Assembly (NCBI GenBank): GCA_004431415.1
Contig: QPMI01000183.1
Coordinates: 107,758 to 171,757 of the forward strand
Reading direction: 5' to 3'
DNA length: 64,000 nucleotides
Source: Cyanophora paradoxa CCMP329
Lineage: Eukaryota > Plantae > Glaucophyta
A model generated the notes under the pieces. It was not told the origin of the DNA, did not search any database, and worked only from the letters and a program-made list of their open reading frames with translations. Positions 50,586 to 60,486 of this stretch are shown one piece after another. The stretch's first letter is position 1. Every line of letters begins with the position of its first letter. Both the position numbers and the translations under genes were made by a program.

Positions 50586-51827
50586 ATGGCGGAAGAACCG
50601 GTGAACTTTCTTGCACAACTGATGGGACCTAGCGCGAGCGCCCTCGCCGGCTCTCGAACGTCTTCCGGCATCCTGAAAACTGCGACACTCACGGCAGAGG
50701 AGAGCGCTAGCCGCCGCAGCGGCGCCTCCAGTAGCTCCGATATAATATGTCGCACTGTGGGCGGCACCGACTGTGAGCCATGCGCAGCTCACACCCCAAC
50801 TTGGCTATCGTCTCACTGATGAGCCGCTTATGATCAGATCTCAGCGCCGCGGGAAGGCGGCCAGCTCCAGGCACAGCGGGTGAGCTGATCCAGCACGATA
50901 TCAGTGTATGTAGCTCCTGGGTGGCTGAGAGCGTACGTACAGGCAAGATCCGCCCTGGCTTCAATTCGTCGTTCTGGGACAAGGATGCATCCAAAGGGGG
51001 CCGCGAGCCTCCCTTGGCGATGTTCGAATCCCCCGAGCTTCCTGAATGTCTACACACGACCCATGTTAGCCTAGTAGCACCGCGGCCGCCGGGCCGGGGG
51101 CGCCTCGAGCTGACGCGGCCGGGCAGGGGCCGCAGCGGGCGTACATCCCGCCGCGGGTCAACGCGGTCAAGTCCGTGGCGAAGCCACCGCGGGCTGGCGG
51201 GGCGGGGAACCCCATCGAGTGGGATCCCAAGGTCCAGCAGCGCCTCCAGGAGCAGCGCGACAGGGAGAAGGAGCAGAGGCGCGCCCCCGCCCCGCCCCCG
51301 GCCCCGCCCGCCCCTCGCGCCGCCGACGATCGCCTCCCCCAGCCGCGCCGTCACGGATGCCCTCTACCTGGTGCGCGGCCGCCCCCGGGCCAAGCTGGCC
51401 CCCGCCGGCGGCCTGACGCGGGGCCGGCGCAGGGGCGGGCGTCGCGGCCCCTGCCGGAGCGGGACGTGCTCTACAGCCGGCCGCGGGCGCCGCTGCGGGA
51501 CGCGCTGCCCGAGGCCGGCCAGAGCTGGTGGTACCGCCAGCAGCACCGCCACGACTCCCTGGCCACGCAGTCCCGCGTGCCCCTCCCCGCCGGCCACGCC
51601 GAGTGGGTCTCCAGGGGGGGCCCCACATGTGCGCTCCGGGCCCCCGGCCGCCGGGCCGCCTTCGCCGCTCTCGCCGCCCGGCTCTGACCCGCGCCCCCCG
51701 CAGACCTGCACAGCGCACCCCGGGGCGGCGGCGCGAGCGGCGGGGCGTCGCCGGCGGTCGTCAGCGAGTTCCTCGAGCGGCGGGCCGCCTACGAGAGGAA
51801 CAAGGCGGGCCCCTCCCCAATTTCCTA
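50586..51827 (+). CDS. Hypothetical protein, multi-exon
   Basis: ATG 257 bp from the SFSWAP start (divergent pair); spliceable exons NPIEWDPKVQQRLQEQRD, LPERDVLYSRPR..SWWYRQ, EFLERRAAYERNK. Confidence 0.5.
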
Positions 51828-52056
51828 GCCGCCCGCCCTCCCGCCCGGGCCCCGCCGTACTTGCATCCCGTGGCCACATTTACAGACGGGCGCGCGCCGG
51901 CGGCTATTTACAGTTGCGGGCCGCGAGCCCCGCCACAAGGGCTGGGCGATCGGGCGGGGAGGGCTCGGGGCTCTCGTCCCCGCGAGAGGCCTCGTGGCAA
52001 AGCAGAGCGGTCCCCGCCCAGCGAGCCCTCGCTAGCAAGGCCGGCTCGGTGCCCCC

Positions 52057-54027
52057 TCACACCGCTGAGCAGCCGCAGGCCGCGACGATGCCGTTCGAGC
52101 ACGTGCACACGGGCTGCGCAGGCACCTCAGAGGGGCGGGGAGAGGCTGCGGCAGGAATGGAGGCGGGGCGGGCCTTGAGAGAGGCTGCGCAGCAGCGGTC
52201 GCAGCGGTCGCCGCCGCACGCCGCCGTGCAGCCTGCGCGCCCCCGCCGCCGCCCTCGGCGCCCGGCAGAGAGCCGGCGGGGCGGGGGGCGCACAGGAGAA
52301 CTCCTCGGCGGCGGGGAGGGGCGGCCCGGCGAGGCGGGCGCGGCAGTCGAGGACGCGCTTGCTGATCTCCAGCACCTCGCACGCCCCCGCGGGGCGTTGT
52401 GCCGCCGCTCCTCTGCTCCGCTTTCAGCGCGCGACACGGAGGGGCGGAAGGGCGGCGGGGCACCGCGGTGCTCCCCGCGGTCGTGGCGGCCGCGCTCGTG
52501 GTGGCAGCGGCGGTGGCGCCCGTGATGGCGCCGGTGCCCTGCGCGTGCCCTCGCCTCAGGTGCGCGCCCCGCCGCGCCCGGGGCCCCGTCGTGGGCCTGT
52601 CCTACCCTCGCTGTGGCGGCGGTGCACCCCGTGCCCGCCGCGCTCCTCCCGGCCGCGAGTGACGTCAGCGTCCTCTGCCGGCGGCGCTCAGCCGCTGAGC
52701 GGCCACGGAAAGGGCGGGGGCGAGGGCGAGAAGGGGGGGAAGCACCGTCGGCGTCGTCGGCGGCGTTGCAGTCCATCTGGCCGGAGATCACCTCGAGCAG
52801 GCTGCAGATCTCGTCCACCCGGTCCTGCCCGCCCCGGCGCGGACCGGTCAGGAGCCCTCCAGCGGCCTGCCGCGCGGGGGACCGGGGCGGGCACCGTGCG
52901 GACGGTCTCGCGGACGACGGGAAGGGTGAGCTCGCGCGCGCTGCAGTCTGCCACCGTGTCGACCTGCGGGAAAGACGGGACTCGAACCCGCGGCTAATGG
53001 CGTGACAGACCACTACTCTAACCATGTCAAGCGTGTTGCAGAGCTGCTCGTGCGCGAGCCGCTCCCCGCGCGTGCCGCACTCGAGGAACCAGAGGATCTT
53101 GACGGCCTCGCACAGCTTCTTGTGCTGGTCGGGGTCCATGTCGGGCGCAATCGGCTCGGCCTCGGCGGGAATCGCCGGCTCCGGAACCGCGGCCATGGCC
53201 AGCTGCAGCGCCTGACGGCGCGCGTTGCACGAGAGAACGTCCTCGGCCATCGTAAGCGCCTTGCACGCGTGAGGGTGGCCTGCGCATCGTGCGGGCAGCG
53301 GAGCTCGAGCGGCATGGCCGGGAGGGAGATCTGATACCTTCATGGCGAGTCCCGCACTGCATGGTGTCGCGCAGCGTGTCGAAGAGCGCGCACACAGCGT
53401 CGAGGCGGTCCTGCGAGGCGAGTGAGCACCGAAGCTCGACGCGCGCCGCCGCGGCGCCCGCAGATGCTGTTATCAATGTGCACATCCTGCAGCTCAGCCT
53501 CGGACTGCGTCGGGGCGATGTCGCGCTGGAGGCCGCAGTTGATGACGTCGTCAATCATGTCGAGCGTTTCGCAAGTCCTGTTGAGCGATCAGACGCCGCC
53601 CGCGACCGCGCTCGCAGAGAAGAAACTTCGCACCGAGGATGGCCGTGACGACGTTCACGAGTCCCGCACATGAGGTCCCAAATGACGCGCCTGTGGCGCG
53701 CGTCCATCGTGCACGTGTTATCAATGTGCGTCCATTAATTGCAAGTGCACGTGTTGCGAGTCGGGGTGCGTACATCGACATGCAGACTTCGTGCAGCTTG
53801 TCTCCCTGCGCGTACGTCATGTAATCAGAGTCTCCGCATGCAATTTGAAACGACGCGGCGGAAGGCGAAATTGCGGATTCTCGAACAGCCAGACGGACCG
53901 CGAGCGCCGGAGCCGCCGGAGCCTCTCCCTGGCGACACATAACAAATGTCAGGCATCGGAGATAGATGGCACCCGCGCGCACTCGCGCGCGCTCAATGCC
54001 GCGCGCGTTCTCCGCCGCGACGCACAT
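52057..54027 (-). CDS. Hypothetical protein with an internal duplication; start uncertain
   Basis: Coding-like exons KLHEVCMS, IDDVINCGLQRD, DRLDAVCALFDTLRDTMQC, KKLCEAVKILWFLEC, VDTVADC, DRVDEICSLLEVISGQMDC, separated by short introns. Confidence 0.55.
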
Positions 54028-54370
54028 TGGCTGCGGCCTCCAGGGCGGCGGGGGGGATGTTAAGACTGCCGCGCGAAGCGCCGGAGAGAACGGCCCTGGC
54101 CGCTTCGGCAGCGAAAAGCGCGAAGGATTCAGCCTGTACGCGCGCGGCGATCCGCTCAATCTCGCTCGCATCGTTGGCGCCGTTTGCTGCCGGGGGGCGC
54201 TCCGCGCTAGAGAGCACGAAGAGCCCAAAGACGAGCGTGAGAACGAGCCCGCCGGCCTTCTTCGAATTCATCCCGCCTGTGAATGGCAGTACCCAGTCCC
54301 ACAGACTGAGCCGTACCCGGGTCGGGCGAGCAAACTTGCGCCTAGTCCGCCTAGGGCGAGTAGTCTAGGC

Positions 54371-55207
54371 ATGGCGAAGGTCCTCACAGGCATCGGCCTC
54401 GCGTCGGCCGTGATTTTTGGGCTAGCGATCCTATGCGCCGTCGACCCTCGGAACAGCCCACGCGCGAAGGCTGGTGTGCCCGAGTGGTACTCGTTCGCGG
54501 TGTACGATGACATCCTCTCCAACATCCCACCCCACGCGTTTGCGGCGGTCGGCGTCGGCTTGTCCATCGGCCTTTCCGTGCTGGGCGCTGCGTGGTGCGC
54601 CTTCTCTCTTCGCAGCTTGTGTTGTTTCGGTTCCCCGATCGTGCCCGCATCGTCGCTTAGGGGCATCTTCATCACGGGGTCGTCGCTCGTGGGTGCGGCC
54701 ATCAAGGCGCCCCGCATCAAATCCAAGAACCTCGTCAGGTTCGCCATCAGTGGACAATGGCTCCTTGCCCCCTTGCCCCTCCGTCGCCTCCTCAACCCTC
54801 GCGCTCAGCATCATCTTCTGCGAGGCCGTGGCCATCTACGGTGTCATTCTCGCCATCATCCTGCAGACGAAGATGGAGGAGAAGGACGCGGCGGTGTCTC
54901 TGCGCAAGGCCTTCTTCTCGGGCTACTCCATGTTCGCTGCGGGGTTGACCGTCGGCTTCGGCAATCTCTTCTGCGGGTCTGCCGCCTTGCCCCGCCGGCG
55001 TTTGATGCGGCGCCTCGAAGCTAAATCGTCCTTCCAACGCGCAGCGTCTGCGTCGGCATCGCTGGCAGTGGCTGCGCCCTCGCCGATGCGCAGAACGCGA
55101 CTCTCTTCGTGAAGATCCTGGTTATTGAGATCTTCGGCAGTGCATTGGGCCTGTTCGGAGTCATCGTAGGTATCATTATTAGTGCGAAGGCTTCTTTTGC
55201 AGCATAG
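54371..55207 (+). CDS. ATP6V0B: V-ATPase proteolipid subunit c'' (Vma16/ATP6V0B)
   Basis: [84 protein letters not shown]. Confidence 0.97.
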
Positions 55208-55577
55208 CTACCACGGAGGGTACTTCCTCGCCTCCTCGACCCTTCCACCAATCTCCCTCGTATCCTCCGCATCCACTTGCCCGCCAACTACCTCATGTTT
55301 CCTTCTCCATGTTTTTCAATGACGTTGCGATTGCCTGAGGCGGCGCGTGAGAGCAGGCTGACTCGCTATAGATCCGAGATCATCCGACCCTTGTCTGTCT
55401 GTCTGTACGCAATCGCAGAGCTTAGCTATAGGTCGGCCGAAGCTCGACCGATTGCCGCGCTTGGGCTGGAAGAGGTGATGCAATGCATGCGCAGGTCAGA
55501 TTTGATCGCAGCGGCTTTTTTTTCGCACAGCTAGACCACGTACTACACGCGATGCGCAATCGGTGCAGACGAGCGGC

Positions 55578-56975
55578 ATGACGACTTGCGAGTCCGCGGA
55601 GAGCATACGGCGCAGCCTGCGGCGGGTCGGCGGCGAAATCCGCATCCCGGAGCTCGTCCTCGGTGCGCCTCGAGCGCTATGCGTCTGGCACTGGGAGTGA
55701 AGCTGCCGCTCTGCAGAAGATGTCTATGTCGTGTCCGTGCCCGCGCAGATGGCCAACAACCTCCTGCGGTGCGCTCGCACCCACGGCTCGAGCCTCGATC
55801 TCACGCCCCGATCAGGTTGCTCACGAATGCCGCGCCGATGCTCGAACTCATTCACCTCAAGCGCATCTGGAGCGCTGCGGCCGAAAAGAGTCCGCGCCTG
55901 GATCGAGCGCGGAGGCTGCTGTAAGACTCCGCGGCTTACAGTCCGGCGCAGGCAAGAGCAAGACAGTCCGCTTCCTGCTCTGCTACCTGGAGCAGTGGGC
56001 GGAGCTGAAGGGCGGGCCCGTGGGCGCGGCGCTGGGCGGGATCGAGCCGACGGTGCTGGGCGTGCCCAAGTATCCGCCCGCGACCCCGCAGCAGTACCAG
56101 GACTTCAGCGCGTGCGCCCTCCCCGCGACCCAATCACTCGCGCGCCGCCGCGCCGGCCGAGCGCGCGGCAAACTGGCGGGCGGGGCAGCATCTGGCCGTG
56201 CAAGGGCCTGAAGAAGGAGGAGAACCTGGAGCTGCAGACGAGCGAGGCGACGACGGCGGCGATCCCCGACGAGGAGCTCCTGCGCATGGCCTCCTACATG
56301 CGCCGCGCCGCCGCCCTCGCCGCCGCCGCCGGCACCGTGCGCCCCCGCCCCGCCCCGCCCCGCCCGCCGCGGGCCGGCCGCGAGCGGCGGGGGCGCAGGG
56401 CGCGGCGGGGGTCGTCGTCGTCGACCCGGCGACGGGGGAGGTGCTGGGCGAGGGGGCGGACGCGCCGGGCACGGGCGGCTGCGGCATGGCGCCGAACTCC
56501 GCGGCGTGCGGGGCGCCGCTGGGGCACGCCTTCATGCGCGCCATCGGGGCGGTCGCGGAGTGGAACCTGCGGGCCTTCCCCGACGAGGCGGGGGCGGGGG
56601 CGGAGGGGCAGGTGGCGGCTCCCCTGCAGCGGAAGCGCAAGGAGCCTGACGCGAGGCGGCAGTCCGACGGGCCGGACCGCGACCGGCCCTACCTCTGCAC
56701 GGGCTACCACGTCTACGCCACCCTCGAGCCCTGCCTCATGCCCGCCCCCCCGCCCGCCGCGCACCGCCCCCGGCTGCCGGCGCCGGCGGCTGACGGGGGG
56801 GCGGGCGGGCAGGTGCGCGATGGCGTGCGTGCACTCGCGGGTGGCGCGGGTGGCGTACCGCGAGGGCAACGGGGCGCTGGGGGCGCTGGGGAGCGCCTAC
56901 GCGCTGCAGACGATCCGCTCCCTCAACCACCGCTTCGACGTCTTCGCCGGCCTCCTCCAGGACCCGGAGGGGTAG
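55578..56975 (+). CDS. ADAT3: tRNA adenosine-34 deaminase, non-catalytic subunit ADAT3/Tad3
   Basis: LIHLKRI, VPKYPP.T..QY, WP, HAF in place of catalytic HAE, YLCTGY.VYATLEPCLMCAMACVHSRV, SLNHRFDVF. Confidence 0.92.
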
Positions 56976-57239
56976 CTATAGGGCCCCCGGCCCCTCCGGC
57001 CTGGCGCCGCCTTCGGATTCCCCCCTTCGCCCGACCCTGCTCCCTCCCGATCTCTTGACCTCTCGCCACAGGCTGCGGCCGCGGCCGGACCTCCGCGGCC
57101 GGCCGCGGCGCGGCCCGCGGGCCGAACATTTTCACGTCTAAACTTTCCGCTTACGCGTCAATTTCTGAAGCTATACCGATACCGGTTTCTGAATCAAGGC
57201 GATACCGATAGCTATACAGTAGAATTAGGAATCATCGGA

Positions 57240-57485
57240 AATATTTAGCGCTAGCTATCGCGCCGCGCGCGGCCGCCGGCGCCGCGCCGCCGCGCGCGCT
57301 CGACTCGGCGAGCTCGGACGCGTACGCTACGTACGCGTCGATCGCGATGCGTACGGACTCCGCCCTAGTCTCCGGGACGTCGACGTCGACGCGCGTGCGC
57401 GCTAGCGCTAAAGCAAGCGCTCGTTCGAATATTAATACGCGAATGCGGCTTGCATGCGCGCAATCTATCGATATCGATATCGGCG
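57240..57485. repeat. Palindrome-saturated intergenic spacer
   Basis: TAGCGCTA, ACGCGT, GACGTCGACGTC, ATCGATATCGAT and TATTAATA words in close succession. Confidence 0.75.
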
Positions 57486-57640
57486 GCGGCCAGCGCGACC
57501 CGGCACCCCCTGGCAGCTGCAACCGCCGTATACGTACCCCAAATCATCAAGCAAGTTGAAGCAACTTGAAGCAAGTCGTGCTGGGCGACGCCGGCGACAG
57601 ACCTACTAGGTTATAGTACGCCTCGAGATCTGTGATCGAT

Positions 57641-58544
57641 ATGACCGGCAAACGGAAGGAGCGCGCAGAGCCGTCGTAGGCACCGATCGCACCCGTTACT
57701 GCGAACGGGGAGGGCCCGAGCTCGCCAGCGTCGAAAGACGAAGAGAAACGCCTGCTGGAGAACGATCCAGTGCGTTGCCTGAGTAACTGCCTGAGTAACT
57801 GCCTGTGCGGACCCAGGCTGACGCGCGCGCGCGCCAGGGAGCGGATTCAAAGCCTCCGCTGGCAGGCTCCTTTCGTGGCGTCTGCCGTCGGTACTGCTAC
57901 CGTGGCCAGAAGCGCACTTTTTACGCGCCGACAATCTGCTGGCTCGTCCACTGCTTCGCGATCGCGGAGGGCTAGCGCTGCAAGAACGCGATCTGCCATG
58001 AGCGCGGCGACGGCGAGGCACATCACGAGGGTAACGGGTGGGAGGCGGACGACATGTCGTACGCCGTCTCATGCTGCAGTGAGGCAGGTTGCAACAAGTG
58101 CGTCGTAAAATCACCGCGCGGCTTGCGCGAAGGGTCCGACGGTCAGTCGCGGTTAGCGCTGACGTATCCTGGCCGCACTGCTGCAGATTCTTCTGCGACG
58201 AGCACCTGGAGAACTTGCGCTGGAGCTGCGAAAACTGCGAGCAGAACGCAGATGCGGGTGTCCGGTTCGCCCGTTTTCCGATTTAGTTTCGTGACGGGCT
58301 CGCCTCACTGCTTCACGGCACGAGCAGAATGGGCGCGTACAACTACGGAGGCACCTCGTACCTGTGTGAACAGCATAAGCCGACGAAGTGCAGAGGAATC
58401 GTCCCTGACAGTGACCCGGATAAAGACAGCGTCGACTATCCCATCGACTTCGAGAAGGTCGGCAAGAAGTGCGGCCTCCTCTGCTGCAGCGAGTGCATGG
58501 GCGACCACAACTGCGGCGAGCTGGACCCTGCCGAGTACCTGTGA
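57641..58544 (+). CDS. Small Cys/His-rich (putative zinc-binding) hypothetical protein
   Basis: Exons with CKNAICHE, CCSEAGCNKC, FFCDEH..CENC, LCEQH..C, CGLLCCSECMGDHNC; short introns. Confidence 0.6.
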
Positions 58545-59390
58545 CCGACATTGCTCCACGCGTACGGCGGGCCCCACCGCGCCGACGTGCACGTGACCTC
58601 CCTCCCCCTTGACCCCTCGATCTCAATCGCAACTCGTTTCAAATACTATGATTGGGGAAGGACCCCCTTCCCCTTCCCCCACTTGGGGGTGTTCGGGTGC
58701 CCACCCTAGGCCAAAATGAAATGTCCCGACCTCCCAAAACCCAGGTTTTCTCGCCGGATCCTAGCAAGCCATGTCCCTAGGAGTCCGGAAACGTGTTCCG
58801 GGAGATCCGGGTCCCGTCGGGTCGACCAGGAATGAGCAATAACACATTTTCAAAAAAAAGTGATCTAGCGCCTCACCAAGTGGCGGTATATCTACCGGAC
58901 CAAGTGCGCCTGAATGCGCCTGATACGCCCGACGATTCATGTCATACATTTCGAGACCAGAGAGGCACAGGGTGGCCCGCTAGGCCGCCTCAAGTACCTG
59001 TTGTACCGAGCGCCGAAAAAAAGCGCTCCTGAGAGTTTCAGGCGATTGCTGGGTACACGATGTCGCGGTCGCAAGGCCGAGCTGCGCATGCCTTGCAATG
59101 CGGCAACAGCTCATCAAGCACTTCGCTCGGCCCGACATCTTGTACCAGAACGTGAAAGAGTGCAGGAAGAAGACGCCCGCTACGCCGCCGCCGCGTTCCG
59201 GTGCGCGTATCCGATGGTTCTGACTGCCCCGCGCCTGCCGTCCGCAGATGCGACACTCTTGCGCCGCGGCCGAAAGGTGCGCTCGCGCGCCGCCCGGCAA
59301 TCTCGCGCCGGGCGCCGTGTCGTCGACGCGTGTCGTCGAACAGCTCCTCTCGCGCCGGAAGCCGACGCGTGCCGCGCTCCGCAGCAGACG

Positions 59391-59950
59391 GCGGGCGGCG
59401 GCGCGGCGGCGCGGTCGCCGGGCGGGGCGGAGGCGCTACGGGCGGCGGCGCGGCGCGCCGAACGGGGAGCAGGCGGGGCGGGCGGCTGCGCGGCGTGCCG
59501 GGCGGGGCGGAGGCGCGGCGGGCGGCGGCGGGGCTCGCCGGCCGCCGGCGGGGCGGAGGCGCGGCGGCGGCGGGCGGCGGCGCGGCTCCGGGCCGGCGAG
59601 CGGCGGCGCGGCTCCGAGGCTCGCCGGGCGGGACAGAGGCGCGGCGGCCGGCGGCGCGGCTCGCCGGGCGGGGCGGAGGCGCGGCGGCCGGCGGCGCGGC
59701 TCGCCGGGCGGGGCGGAGGCGTGGCGGGCGGCGGCGCGGCTCGCCGGGCGGGGCGGAGGCGCGGCGGGCGGCGGCGCGGCTCGCCGATCGGGGCGGAGGC
59801 GCGGCGGGCGGCGGCGCGGCTCGCCGGGCGGGGCGGAGGCGCGGCGGGCGGCGGCGCGGCGCGCCGGGCGGGGCGGAGGCGCGGCGGCCGGCCGCGCGGC
59901 TCGTCGGGCGGGGCGGATCCGGGAGGCACGGCGGGTGGCGGCGCGGCGCG
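59391..59950. repeat. GC-extreme 40-bp minisatellite (GCGGCGCGGCTCGCCGGGCGGGGCGGAGGCGCGGCGGGCG)
   Basis: Six near-perfect units at 59651-59890 plus degenerate units on both sides. Confidence 0.9.
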
Positions 59951-60486
59951 CAGGGCAAATTGTCCCATTCCCGCACGGCTTCTTGTTCCAGGTTTACGCC
60001 TAGCGAGCATTTGCTGCAGCCTGCAGACTCTGAGATGCTGTCTTTGTTGAATTATACCACATGCATATGGCCACCTTGCACGAGCAGGGGGCCGGGCGGG
60101 GGCGAGTCGAAGACCTAGAACTTAGTAACCTAACTGATTGACCTGCAAGTCCTCTTCCGGCCCCACGGGCTCCGAGGCTCGATCGCGAGCCCGCGGCCGG
60201 CCCACCATCCCAGTTGCAATTGCAGGCGTTCGCGCAGCTCAGCGGCTCATGATCAGGGGCTGCAGGCTCTACAGAGTCAACACTCTCTAGATCATCGGAT
60301 CTCTATCTCGGCTAACCTGATCATGACCTTTCCTGCTCAACCGTTAGAGGTCCTTCCCCTCCAACAGGGGCAGTGCAACTGCAGTGTCCCTGTTCCGTTC
60401 ATACGTCGTCTAATTAGATAAAGCAGATACATGTTGCCAGTCGTAGCTACCGGAAAAGAATGAAGGAATAGATTACGTGCAATAAC

